The position numbers were made by a program, and so were the translations under genes. Below, piece by piece: positions 7,958 to 18,320 of a stretch of DNA of 64,000 nucleotides (position 1 is its first letter; every line of letters begins with the position of its first letter). Source of the stretch: Promethearchaeota archaeon (lineage in GTDB: Archaea; Asgardarchaeota; Lokiarchaeia; Sigyniarchaeales; SOKP01); the NCBI GenBank assembly GCA_048939995.1, contig JBHLOY010000010.1:81887-145886 (forward strand), given 5' to 3'. The notes beneath the pieces are model-generated. The model was given only the letters and a program-made list of their open reading frames with translations, ran no database searches and was not told the origin of the DNA.

Positions 7958-9487
7958 TTAAAACTTATCTGAATCTTCATACCAGTCGGGGTACCATTCA
8001 TAATATTCTCTTGGAAATGAATCCTTTAAACCAGTATAGGTTGCTTTAACTAATATAACTTTACCTGATTTATCTCGATGTGCGACTATAAGCTTTTTTT
8101 CCTCTAAAATTTCAAATATTTTTTTAATAGCTGAACGGCTTCCTCCAATATCTTCCCTTACATCTTCAATAGTCATATATAATCCTGGATTAACTTTGTA
8201 ATCATGAGCAATTACTTTTAATACATTTTCCTCATTCACTTCCATTCCATTAAATTGTGACTTTTTCTTAGAAATAATTGGAGCGTTGACTTCATCATTC
8301 CATCTAATTCTCATTGAAGCATTATAAGAAGGAAGCATGGAAGAAAATCTATAAACTATCATTTTTTGTATTTCTGTAGTCCCAGCTACAATTTCCCCTA
8401 TTTTACCCTCTCTTACCAAACGCTCCATCGGATAAAATCTAGTAAGCCCATCTCCTCCCATGATTTGAACTGCTTTAGTACCTGCCTCTCTAATATATTC
8501 ACTGATCACCCATTTTGCGACTGAAGCGTCAATCATGGGCTCAAGACCGTCATCTAATTGTTTAGCACAATTATAAGCAAATAATCGTCCCATTCGATAT
8601 TTAGCAATAATATCCGCAATCTCATTTTGAATTCCTGAGAATTGATTTGTAGTCTTATTAAATTGAACTCTCCTTTGAGTATAATAAAATAAAACCTTAA
8701 TAATATCCATTAGAGTGCCTACATATACAGCACCTGCTATCAAGCGTTCAAAATTCAATCCCGCCATCATTACATTCCATCCTTTCCCAACAGGACCAAT
8801 TCTGTTTTCATCAGGAATTCTAACATCTTCAAAACTTAAATAACCATTTGGTACATTATCAAATCCGACGAGTGGATTGATTCGTTCCAAATGAAATCCT
8901 GGAGTTCCTTTTTCAACAATAAAAGAAGTAATATGACCATATTGTTTCCTTAGACTTGGATCTTCGCTAGTTTTAGCATAAATAAAATATCGATCTGAAA
9001 CTCCTGCCCCTGTAATATATCTTTTTTTACCGTTTATTACCCACTCGTCTCCATCTTTTATAGCAGTAGTCATGACATTTGCTGCATCAGATCCCGCGTA
9101 TGGTTCAGTAATACATACGGCTCCTAGTTTATCCCCTTTAGCTAACTGTGGCAACCATAACTCTTTTTGTTCATCTGAAGCATACCTTAAAATTTGCTCC
9201 AACCCTGCAAGCATACTAACAACAAAAACGTGTCCAACAGCGTATAATCTTCCTAATTGCTCTGCTACTATACAGGCTCCAGTAGCCCCTAGCTCAAGTC
9301 CCCCATATTGCTTTGGAATTCCTGCACCAAAATATCCTTCTTCAGCTACTTTCTTAACTAATGGCCAAGGAAATTTTTGTTTCCAAAAATAATATTCCGC
9401 ATCTTCAAATAGATTATCCGCAAACTTTTCAACTTTTAGTGCGAATGCCCTTTGTTCTTCATTCCACCAAAAAAAAGGCTCAGACAT
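7958..9487 (-). CDS. Acyl-CoA dehydrogenase with C-terminal winged-helix-like extension
   Basis: ITEPYAGSD, INGKKRYIT, RVQFN, VQIMGGDG, GTTEIQK; ~120 extra C-terminal residues with an HTH-like pattern. Confidence 0.9.
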   Translation of the reverse strand: MSEPFFWWNEEQRAFALKVEKFADNLFEDAEYYFWKQKFPWPLVKKVAEEGYFGAGIPKQYGGLELGATGACIVAEQLGRLYAVGHVFVVSMLAGLEQILRYASDEQKELWLPQLAKGDKLGAVCITEPYAGSDAANVMTTAIKDGDEWVINGKKRYITGAGVSDRYFIYAKTSEDPSLRKQYGHITSFIVEKGTPGFHLERINPLVGFDNVPNGYLSFEDVRIPDENRIGPVGKGWNVMMAGLNFERLIAGAVYVGTLMDIIKVLFYYTQRRVQFNKTTNQFSGIQNEIADIIAKYRMGRLFAYNCAKQLDDGLEPMIDASVAKWVISEYIREAGTKAVQIMGGDGLTRFYPMERLVREGKIGEIVAGTTEIQKMIVYRFSSMLPSYNASMRIRWNDEVNAPIISKKKSQFNGMEVNEENVLKVIAHDYKVNPGLYMTIEDVREDIGGSRSAIKKIFEILEEKKLIVAHRDKSGKVILVKATYTGLKDSFPREYYEWYPDWYEDSDKF

Positions 9488-9598
9488 AATATATTTCTCT
9501 TAATATAATAATTTTAATAGATTATATTGAGTCATAATAATTATTAAATCTAAAACTTTAGCATCTACTTTAATGTAAATTTTGTAGAAAAAAGAATT

Positions 9599-10312
9599 TC
9601 AATGATGAGCTCCTTTCTTTAATTTCCTGACTTCATAATAAGTAAAAGTTACAACTCCGATAAGAGTAAACCATATGAAGTAACCTCCAAAAGGAATAAT
9701 AACGATAATATCATTTTTTACTAATTCCCATTTAAATATAGTAGTTCCATTTGTTTTTTTTTCTATAGAAGTCGAGATGCCTTCAGAATTGTACACCACC
9801 TCAATAGTGGTTGCATTAAAATAATCTAACAATAAAGTATTAGAGCTAATTTCAGTTGCGTTTAAAAAAGTTTTCTCAATAATAGCATTACTAACTAAGG
9901 TAAGATTGATTGGAATTGGAATTACTAATGGATATCCCTCAAAAAACACAACTTTTGACCAGTTCAGGTAATTTAATGAGAAATTATAAGAAAGGTAAAA
10001 AGCATTATCATCTTCTAAACTCTTTTTAATCCATGCAAAATTATGGTAAAATTCTAGAGTATAATTTACTATCAAATATCTGTTTAAATTAATACTTGCA
10101 TTAAATACGTCTGTTGCAGTAAATCTTATGAACTCGATTTCTTCATAGTAAGGTTCAGTTGCATTAACAGTCTTCCATCTTATGGATTCATCTTTTTCCA
10201 ATGGAAATGATGAATCTCCTAACGTGATATCACCAATAGTAGGTGTTAAAAAACTGCATAATGTTATTAGGCAAATAAGCAATGGTAAAAGTATTTTCTT
10301 ACCAGTATTCAT
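9599..10312 (-). CDS. Secreted, C-terminally anchored hypothetical protein
   Basis: N-terminal signal peptide, many N-x-S/T sequons, C-terminal TM helix and basic tail. Confidence 0.7.
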   Translation of the reverse strand: MNTGKKILLPLLICLITLCSFLTPTIGDITLGDSSFPLEKDESIRWKTVNATEPYYEEIEFIRFTATDVFNASINLNRYLIVNYTLEFYHNFAWIKKSLEDDNAFYLSYNFSLNYLNWSKVVFFEGYPLVIPIPINLTLVSNAIIEKTFLNATEISSNTLLLDYFNATTIEVVYNSEGISTSIEKKTNGTTIFKWELVKNDIIVIIPFGGYFIWFTLIGVVTFTYYEVRKLKKGAHH

Positions 10313-10498
10313 AATTTATTATCGAAAGTTAGTTGTCTACTATACAATAAAATCTTTAGATATTTAAGTTTTTGAATTTAAGTTTTCTTATGTTGCCTAA
10401 CAATAACTTGGATAGACTTTATATATTTTATAATTTTCAAAAAAAGTAATTGGAAACAATAAAAGATGGAGAGAATACAAAATAAAAAAAGATTAACT

Positions 10499-11188
10499 TT
10501 ATTCTTTATTTTTCTTATCTTTAAAGAAGTTTAAGGCCTTACTTTCTAAACGTTTCGAGTATTCTTCCCAATGATCATTTTCGCCCAATTTTTTCTTTGT
10601 AATTATAAACAAGCAAGTTTCAGCTCCTGCAGGAATAGTACTTTTAAACTGAATTTGGTATTCATTTCTCAGTTTTCCAGAATCTTTAAATGCTGCTATT
10701 ATACCTTGTACTAAATATCTTTGCACTCGACAATCGAATGCACTATATATGTCTTGGAGTGGACACCAAAGTATATCAAATGAACATTGATTTTCATTAT
10801 CTATCCGTGGATTCTCAAGAGAAGTCCATGCTTGGGTATTAATTATTGTAGTTAAAAAACTCATTAATTCAATATCAGTAATATCGTCTGGAATAATACT
10901 ATTTGAAATTATTTGATTCCCCATTTCATATCCAGTTTTAATTAAAGCATCTATTACGATTTTTTGTCCCTCTTTCCCTAAATTTTTTTCAACTTCCTTT
11001 AAAATGTTAATAATTCCCCTTGACATGAATAATCCAAATTGTAATAAAGACGTTGGATCAAAATCATTTCTCTCTAAGATTTCTTTTCTAAAACGATCTA
11101 GAGCTTCTTTATATGGCTCCCCAAATTTGGTTCTCTCCCATATGGGTTCTTTTCGATTTGCTCCTTTTAAAATTCCTTTGGCTTTCAT
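10499..11188 (-). CDS. V4R/ATC-hydrolase-like Cys-containing protein
   Basis: WCP...DC...GAETCLF pattern. Confidence 0.45.
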   Translation of the reverse strand: MKAKGILKGANRKEPIWERTKFGEPYKEALDRFRKEILERNDFDPTSLLQFGLFMSRGIINILKEVEKNLGKEGQKIVIDALIKTGYEMGNQIISNSIIPDDITDIELMSFLTTIINTQAWTSLENPRIDNENQCSFDILWCPLQDIYSAFDCRVQRYLVQGIIAAFKDSGKLRNEYQIQFKSTIPAGAETCLFIITKKKLGENDHWEEYSKRLESKALNFFKDKKNKE

Positions 11189-11301
11189 TTTTAATTGTTT
11201 TTGAAAGATTTATTTGTATTTATTATATATAACATAAAATTTAACAAATTTAGATTATTAAAAAATATATTAGGAATCATAAAATTTGATTTCCAAAAAA
11301 G

Positions 11302-12057
11302 TTGATGTTAATGCATGTTTTGGTACTTTTAAGGCATGGAGAAAGTATTTGGAATAAAGAAAATCGTTTCACAGGCTGGACAGATGTTGATTTAAGTGAA
11401 AAAGGAATCGAGGAAGCAAAAAAAGCAGGACAATTGTTAAAAAGTGAGGGTTACACGTTTGATATTGCTTTTACTTCTGTATTAAAAAGGGGAATTAGAA
11501 CTCTATGGATAGTATTAGATGAATTGGATTTAATGTATATCACAGTTGAAAGAAATTGGAGGTTAAACGAAAGACATTATGGAGCTTTACAAGGCTATAA
11601 TAAATCAGAAATGGCAAAAAGTGTAGGGGAAGAGCAAGTGTTAATTTGGCGAAGGAGTTACGATATAAGGCCCCCTGCTTTAAAGACTACAGATCCACGA
11701 TATCCTGGTAATGATCTGCGATACAAAGATTTAAATCCAAAAGATATTCCTTTAACTGAATGTTTGAAAGATACAGTTGAGCGATTTTTACCTTATTGGC
11801 ATGAAGTAATCGCTCCAACGGTTAAATCTGATAAAAAGGTGCTTATTTCAGCTCATGGTAATAGTTTAAGAGCTCTTGTTAAATACTTAGATAATTTATC
11901 TGAAGAAGAAATAGTAAAATTAGATATACCTACAGGAATCCCTCTCATTTATGAACTTGATAATAATTTAAAACCTTTAAAGCACTATTATCTCGGAGAT
12001 CCAGAAGAAATCGAAAAAGCAATACAAGTAGTTGCTGATCAAGGTAAAGTCAAGTGA
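11302..12057 (+). CDS. gpmA: 2,3-bisphosphoglycerate-dependent phosphoglycerate mutase
   Basis: [36 protein letters not shown]. Confidence 0.97.
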   Translation: MMLMHVLVLLRHGESIWNKENRFTGWTDVDLSEKGIEEAKKAGQLLKSEGYTFDIAFTSVLKRGIRTLWIVLDELDLMYITVERNWRLNERHYGALQGYNKSEMAKSVGEEQVLIWRRSYDIRPPALKTTDPRYPGNDLRYKDLNPKDIPLTECLKDTVERFLPYWHEVIAPTVKSDKKVLISAHGNSLRALVKYLDNLSEEEIVKLDIPTGIPLIYELDNNLKPLKHYYLGDPEEIEKAIQVVADQGKVK

Positions 12058-12140
12058 AAAAATACGATTGAAATACCTTTATTTTTTAAATTTTCTAATA
12101 TAAATAACTTTAATGTAAACCATTAATAATTGAATTTATC

Positions 12141-12929
12141 ATGAAAAAACACGTGGTAATAGATAACCCTGTAGTTTCCAATATCGTGTTCTACCCTCAA
12201 AAAAGTCCTATACCCTTAAATCTTGATTCAAATACAGAAATTTTGGAATTTCAAGTGGAAAAAAATGTGACTATTGGCGGATTTTTTTTCTTAAATGACA
12301 TGAGTCTTCCTACCATCCTATTATTTCACGGAAATGGGGAAATTGCGATAGATTATAGATCTCTTGCTCCTCTCTTTTTTGAATGCGGGGTTAATTTAGC
12401 TGTGGTTGATTATCGGGGGTATGGATTTTCTTCGGGAAAACCATATTATACAAGCCTAATTAATGATGCTCCAGTTATTTACGAAAATTTTATTGATTGG
12501 ATAAATAAAAGGGGGTTAAATAATTCTATTTTTATTCAAGGGAGATCATTAGGAAGTGTGTGTGCTGCTGAGATTGGATCTAATAATCCTAAAAACTTAA
12601 AAGGCATTATTTTTGAAAGTGGTTTCGCCAGCCTTTATAACATTATGACTTACTTATTCAGAGTATCTAGCTCACAAGTAACACCCACATCTCTGATTAA
12701 ATATTCTAATGATACGAGAATAAAACAATTCAAAAAACCAGTTTTAATAATTCATGGAACTTCGGATTTTATAATCCCTAGCAGTGAAGGGGAGTTGATT
12801 TACGAAAGTCTACCTATTGATATTGATAAAAGTCTTGTTTTAATAGAAGGAGCTGGTCATAACGATATCTTATTGTATCATGATAAATATTTTGACCCTT
12901 TAAGTGAATTTATTGAAAAATTTAAGTAA
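12141..12929 (+). CDS. Alpha/beta hydrolase (ABHD13/17-like)
   Basis: FHGNGE, DYRGYG, GRSLG nucleophile elbow, HGTSD, GHND. Confidence 0.9.
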   Translation: MKKHVVIDNPVVSNIVFYPQKSPIPLNLDSNTEILEFQVEKNVTIGGFFFLNDMSLPTILLFHGNGEIAIDYRSLAPLFFECGVNLAVVDYRGYGFSSGKPYYTSLINDAPVIYENFIDWINKRGLNNSIFIQGRSLGSVCAAEIGSNNPKNLKGIIFESGFASLYNIMTYLFRVSSSQVTPTSLIKYSNDTRIKQFKKPVLIIHGTSDFIIPSSEGELIYESLPIDIDKSLVLIEGAGHNDILLYHDKYFDPLSEFIEKFK

Positions 12930-13026
12930 GCTTTAATTTTCAAATCAAGTATTGGACTAAAGATCATTTTAGTATAATTTAATCTTCATTCTCATATCTA
13001 TAATATAATAAAAAAAAGTTCTTAAT

Positions 13027-13311
13027 ATGATGAATTTTTGTCCCTATTGCGGTTCTCAACTAAATAAAGAAAGAAAAGGTAAGCTTAATTTTTGCCCGTA
13101 TTGTGGAGAACAATTAACCCCTCATCTTAAAGAATTTAAATGCACAATCTGCCACCAAAAAATAAAACATAATCAAACATCTATAAATTGCGCATATTGT
13201 GAAAGTCCATATCATTATAATTGCGTGGTTAACTGGTTATCAACCTATAATTCTTGTCCCACGTGTCAAAACACCTTTCTTAATCCTTACTTAAAGATTC
13301 ATAAAAATTAA
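13027..13311 (+). CDS. Double zinc-ribbon plus RING-finger protein (E3 ligase-like)
   Basis: FCPYCG x2, then CTIC...CAYC...HYNC..W....SCPTC. Confidence 0.75.
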   Translation: MMNFCPYCGSQLNKERKGKLNFCPYCGEQLTPHLKEFKCTICHQKIKHNQTSINCAYCESPYHYNCVVNWLSTYNSCPTCQNTFLNPYLKIHKN

Positions 13312-13334
13312 TTAACATTTAAATACCATTTATA

Positions 13335-13556
13335 CTATCGGTTTTTCGGTTCCCTTTTATCTTTATCGTAGGCCATCGTGATTATGAGGATTAACATACC
13401 CAATGCAATCCGAGCTATTAGTGAGTCATAGGGAAGCACTCCAACGAATAATAAGCTTTTTAAATAAAAATTTTTATTTTCAATGACAAAACCCAGAGGA
13501 GTATAATCCTTTAATCCAAATTGACTCCAAGATGAGAATAATATCGTTATAGTCAT
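13335..13556 (-). CDS. Short membrane ORF or gene remnant
   Basis: 73 aa with one hydrophobic segment; weak support. Confidence 0.25.
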   Translation of the reverse strand: MTITILFSSWSQFGLKDYTPLGFVIENKNFYLKSLLFVGVLPYDSLIARIALGMLILIITMAYDKDKREPKNR

Positions 13557-13634
13557 TTAACATAAAAATATATGTGACGGTTAATTATTTAGTAGAAATA
13601 GCTGTTTTTTAATAAAAAAATTAAAAAAAAAAAG

Positions 13635-14276
13635 TTATTTCTTCTTTAACATATAAATACCATTTTCAAAAAACCAAAATAGATTAGCAAAGAGAAATAA
13701 CCATTCTGTAAAACTCTCAGCCTCGGGAGTCAGACCATGTATTATTCGATTTAGAATTAAAAGCACTAAATAAAGAAGAAAGAAAATTACGACTAAAGTA
13801 TTGAATATTGCCTGAGATCTGGGAAATTCAGATGACTTTAATTCTAAATAAGTGTAGAGAAAGAGATAAAGAATCCCTGTAACAAAGAAAAGTAATTCAA
13901 ACATTAAATGTGCTAGATAAATAGTATCTGAATTAAAAATTGCCATCCCCATGATTCCAATTGCTGAAAGTATTCCCAGAATGCATGTTATCAATGAACC
14001 TTTAGAGCTAATATTCTTTTTCTGTAAGTATCTTGTAAAGCCGAGAAAGAACAATATAATAAAAATTGCAGTAACAAACCAGCAAATATTGAATAATATA
14101 TGTAATGGATTTGAAGGCGTTCCAAGATGACTAATATGAGTAACAAAGAAGCTAAAATCTGGGTGCATTAAAATTGACGGAATAAGTCCAATAAAAAAAA
14201 TTATCAACCCAATGAATGCAAAATAACTAGCATTTACTTTTTGATACATTCTATCGAATTTTTGCATAGCAATCAT
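13635..14276 (-). CDS. DUF998/Frag1-DRAM-Sfk1-like membrane protein
   Basis: About 6 TM helices; ISHLG, AH and EW motifs. Confidence 0.7.
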   Translation of the reverse strand: MIAMQKFDRMYQKVNASYFAFIGLIIFFIGLIPSILMHPDFSFFVTHISHLGTPSNPLHILFNICWFVTAIFIILFFLGFTRYLQKKNISSKGSLITCILGILSAIGIMGMAIFNSDTIYLAHLMFELLFFVTGILYLFLYTYLELKSSEFPRSQAIFNTLVVIFFLLYLVLLILNRIIHGLTPEAESFTEWLFLFANLFWFFENGIYMLKKK

Positions 14277-14619
14277 TTTTAAAGAATAATTTAAGATATT
14301 AATTCGTTAAACTCTTATTTATAGATTTTTAAGTAAAATAAGTTATTTTTGGGTCTTAAAGTTGTATTACCCGAGAATTCCACATTAAACATCTTTGTCT
14401 CGGTTATTTTTTATTATAATGCAAAAAAGAAATGATTAAATCTGCAATTTCAAGATTATACACACAATGATTAAACCTAATTTGGTTTTTAATTACTTCT
14501 GAATTCATTTTTTTTCTGACTTTTTATGAAATGATATCACAAAAATCCATTTAAAATGATTGAGTTGATAAAATTAGTCATTTATAAAAATTTAGAGATT
14601 TTTGAAAGAATAAGTTAGA

Positions 14620-15510
14620 TCATACTAAAATTCCTTGGGCTACCATAATTACTTTACCCCCAACGGCAATATAAAATTTGCCTTCTTTTTGTTCGGCTCT
14701 TAATAATAAAAGAGATTTTCTACCAATTTCATAACCTTGCTCTACTCTAATATTAATATTTTTGGTATTGAAATAATCATTCTTAACTAGATAAGCTGCT
14801 AAACAACCATTTGCTGAACCTGTTGCGGGATCTTCAGGTACACCTAAATAATCTGCAAAAAAGCGTACATTTAAATCATTATTTTGATTATAGGTTTCTG
14901 GACAAAAGACTAATATAGATTTAGCTTGCGTATTTTCGATCATTTCATAATATTTCGCTTTATTAATGTTTACTTTTTTTATTGCTTCAAGTGATTTCAA
15001 TGGTATTATTATTGTTGGAACTCCAGTTGAAACCTCTTGAATTTTGAAGCGCGCATCAATATCCTCCTCATCTATATTTAGTATCTCTGCTAATAAGTCA
15101 GGAGCAAAAAATCCATGAAAAGATGGTTCCTTATGTTCTATCCAAATCTCTGTTAACATGCTTCCTTGATACTTAAATAGAGCTGCGATTTGGCCTATTT
15201 TTAGATTCATTAATATAGTTTTTACCTTTTCTTTAATAAATTCTTTCTGAAAGATGAAGGCAGCACCCAGGGTGGGATGACCTGCAAAAGGTAATTCAGT
15301 ATCGGGGGTAAAAATACGGAAACTAAAATCTTCAGTTGAAGTAATAAAAATAGTTTCAGAAAAATTCATCTCTTTAGCAATCCTTTGCATAAGTTCTGTC
15401 TTTAAACTTTTATCATCAATAATTACAGCAAGTTGATTACCTTCATACTTACTCTCAGCAAAAACATCCACAATATAAAATTTCAAACCTTCTGGCAGAC
15501 TTTCCTTCAT
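14620..15510 (-). CDS. PhzF/PhzC family epimerase-like protein
   Basis: VDVFA..GNQLAV, FSET, ELPFAGHPT, EDPATGSA. Confidence 0.93.
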   Translation of the reverse strand: MKESLPEGLKFYIVDVFAESKYEGNQLAVIIDDKSLKTELMQRIAKEMNFSETIFITSTEDFSFRIFTPDTELPFAGHPTLGAAFIFQKEFIKEKVKTILMNLKIGQIAALFKYQGSMLTEIWIEHKEPSFHGFFAPDLLAEILNIDEEDIDARFKIQEVSTGVPTIIIPLKSLEAIKKVNINKAKYYEMIENTQAKSILVFCPETYNQNNDLNVRFFADYLGVPEDPATGSANGCLAAYLVKNDYFNTKNINIRVEQGYEIGRKSLLLLRAEQKEGKFYIAVGGKVIMVAQGILV

Positions 15511-15624
15511 ATTATTGCACTTTCGAACTTGGGATTACTTTAATAAGGATATTCATTTAAATCTTTTAAGATTCAATATCTATGTAGACTATGTTTTTAA
15601 ATAAATTTTATTAATTTTAGTTAT

Positions 15625-16779
15625 ATGAAATTTAGGGAACAAGACACAAAATCGGCGGCTCAAAAGAAATTCTCAATAAGAGAATTAGGAGGTGCTTTTG
15701 GTGACTGGGGAACCTTAATCCCTTTTATTATTGGTTATGTTTCAATTGTAGGTTTCAATCCTGCAGGTATCTTTTTAACCTTAGGAATTACTAATATCAT
15801 TTTAGGGATAAGATTTAATCTTCCATTACCTGTTCAACCTCAGAAAACTATTGGGGCAATTGCCCTCTCCCAAAAATGGAGTACAAACCTTGTAATTTCA
15901 ACTGGATTTGGAACTGGAATAGTTTGGGCCTTATTAGGATTTTCAAAAATACTTAATAAAATTGTTAAGAAAATACCAACAATAACGGTTAGAGCTATCC
16001 AACTTGGGTTAGGGCTTATTCTCGGTTGGACAGCCATCATTCTCATTGGTGATAATTTTTTCTTAGGACTCATTTCAATGATAATAATAATCCTCCTTAT
16101 GAATAATAAAAGAATTCCCTCTGCAGTTTTACTTGTATTGCTAGGTATTATTCTTTTATTTATTACTAGTGAAATAATTTTGACAGATATTAAATTTAAT
16201 ATCCCTCATTTTGATTTCTATATTCCTGATTGGTATAATATCATATTTGGAATGATTTATGCAGGTTTTGCTCAACTGTTCTTAACGTTAACCAATGTTA
16301 TGATTGCCACAATAGTATTAATAGGTGATTTATTCCCTGAAAAAAGAGCCAAGATAAGCGCAAATTCTTTAGCGTTAAATATGGGAGTAATGAATTTAAT
16401 AAATCCTTTTATAGGAGGTATTCCCTTATGCCATGGGTCAGGGGGTTTAGCCGCACAATATGCATTTGGGGCACGTACAGGTGGATCAATGATATTAGAA
16501 GGGATATTAGAATTAGTTTTAGGTTTGTTTTTTTCCGATACCCTCTTTCTAATATTTAATAAATTCCCAAGTGCTATTTTTGGAGCCATGTTGCTCTATA
16601 CTGCATATCTATTGGTGAACATATCTTTTAAAGATTCTAATAAAAAAACCTTACCGATCATTGCTGTCTCTGGTCTAATTTGTTTTATTTTTAATTTTAT
16701 AATTGGTTCCTTTAGTATTACATTAGGATTTTTCATAGCTTTTATCTTATATTTTATCTTTTCCAAAAAATTGAATTGA
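15625..16779 (+). CDS. MOT1-type molybdate/sulfate transporter
   Basis: ELGGAFGDWGT, PLPVQP.K, PLCHGSGGLAAQYAFGARTG. Confidence 0.88.
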   Translation: MKFREQDTKSAAQKKFSIRELGGAFGDWGTLIPFIIGYVSIVGFNPAGIFLTLGITNIILGIRFNLPLPVQPQKTIGAIALSQKWSTNLVISTGFGTGIVWALLGFSKILNKIVKKIPTITVRAIQLGLGLILGWTAIILIGDNFFLGLISMIIIILLMNNKRIPSAVLLVLLGIILLFITSEIILTDIKFNIPHFDFYIPDWYNIIFGMIYAGFAQLFLTLTNVMIATIVLIGDLFPEKRAKISANSLALNMGVMNLINPFIGGIPLCHGSGGLAAQYAFGARTGGSMILEGILELVLGLFFSDTLFLIFNKFPSAIFGAMLLYTAYLLVNISFKDSNKKTLPIIAVSGLICFIFNFIIGSFSITLGFFIAFILYFIFSKKLN

Positions 16780-16819
16780 ATTAATTTAGTTATATTTTTA
16801 AGTTTACACTAATTACTTT

Positions 16820-18268
16820 TTGAATAAAAAAGCACCCTCACTTTTTGAAAACCGGGGATCAAAAATGGTAAGAAAAAACTTTTTTGTAATTTACATATTA
16901 ATCGGTATTGTGCTCGGAGCCACAATTCCTACTCTTTTTATATACAGAATATCAAACGATCTCTCTGGTTCATATCGAATCACAACTAATATTTCTGAAA
17001 CTGATATTTCTGAAGTTCAAATTTATAATGAAATTCCAGTAGGTAATATAAAATTTATCCCAGTAAGTAGCGAAACTACGATTATAAAAGCAGAATGGGC
17101 AATGTCTTATGTAGGAATTTATGATCCTCAAAAAATTATAGTAACTACATGTGAAATAATTCAATCTCGCTTAGTATTCTCTATTTACAGCAAAATAGAT
17201 AAATTGGCTTTTATCAATTCAATCTTAACCTTAGATATCACCATTTTTTTTAATCCTAGTTATGGAGTTTATGGTTTCGTATCTGATAGTGAAAAAGCCA
17301 ATATTGATCTCTTAGTTTATAACCTCAATTTCAGTAAATTTGATTTTAAATCCAGTTCTGGTAATATTAATATTAGACTTGATTATATAAATATGTTTGA
17401 TGATTTTAAAATAACCACGAGTTCAGGTGACATATATTTAATTATCGATCACACATATTTTGCTAAAGATTTCATATGTACTACAAGTTCTGGATATCAA
17501 AATTTTGATTTCTGGAATATTGGATTTGATGGAAAAGCTAACTTCTTGGTGACTTCAAATACAGGAAGGATATATATCTTATGGGCCAATCATTACCTTA
17601 AATCTCACAGTTTAAATGTTAAATTTGAATCTAACAATGATATTTATCTGAAATTTTGGTCTCCCAAAGAAATTATACGGTCTTATTTCTCATTTGAAAC
17701 AATTGATGGGACAACTCGTTTTTCAAAACCATCAGGTATTTTTCAAGAAGTTGATGAAAATCATTATATAGCATATAATATTAATGATACATCTGCAGAT
17801 CCTTGCAATATTACAATAATCTCTAAACATGGTTATGGTTGGGTATTCTATGTCGATTGTTTTAAGTGGCAGCGATTTTGTACATATGGAGATATTAAAA
17901 TAAGTTATGTTACAAAATCAGGAAGTTATTCAATTTCCGAGACATCTTACAATATTACTGCAGTAGACTTTTCTAATAAGAAATATGTCTATTTAAATAC
18001 CTATCGACTTTTACCACTAAAAATTGAGCCTCTTCCTGTATCTAGTGAGAATCTAATATATGTAGTTTGGAATTTAAAGTATTTAAGAGGTCAAAATATA
18101 GGTGTAGGATCAATTAGTTTATCTCTATCGCACAAACAAAATGGTGATAACCTAGAAGTAAATCTAAGGCTTAGCTTTATAATAGATGAAATAAAACCTA
18201 CTTTTTCAATTTGTAATATTACTTTATTTTATCACCCCAGTTATAATTTTAATAATTATACAATTTAA
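16820..18268 (+). CDS. Membrane-anchored protein with DUF4097-like beta-strand repeats (probable start ATG 16865)
   Basis: N-terminal TM helix; KSSSGNI, TTSSGDI, TTSSG, TSNTG repeats. Confidence 0.6.
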   Translation: MNKKAPSLFENRGSKMVRKNFFVIYILIGIVLGATIPTLFIYRISNDLSGSYRITTNISETDISEVQIYNEIPVGNIKFIPVSSETTIIKAEWAMSYVGIYDPQKIIVTTCEIIQSRLVFSIYSKIDKLAFINSILTLDITIFFNPSYGVYGFVSDSEKANIDLLVYNLNFSKFDFKSSSGNINIRLDYINMFDDFKITTSSGDIYLIIDHTYFAKDFICTTSSGYQNFDFWNIGFDGKANFLVTSNTGRIYILWANHYLKSHSLNVKFESNNDIYLKFWSPKEIIRSYFSFETIDGTTRFSKPSGIFQEVDENHYIAYNINDTSADPCNITIISKHGYGWVFYVDCFKWQRFCTYGDIKISYVTKSGSYSISETSYNITAVDFSNKKYVYLNTYRLLPLKIEPLPVSSENLIYVVWNLKYLRGQNIGVGSISLSLSHKQNGDNLEVNLRLSFIIDEIKPTFSICNITLFYHPSYNFNNYTI

Positions 18269-18320
18269 TCCCTTTTTATATACAATCACACGATTTAAAT
18301 TGAGTACTAATTTTTGATAT

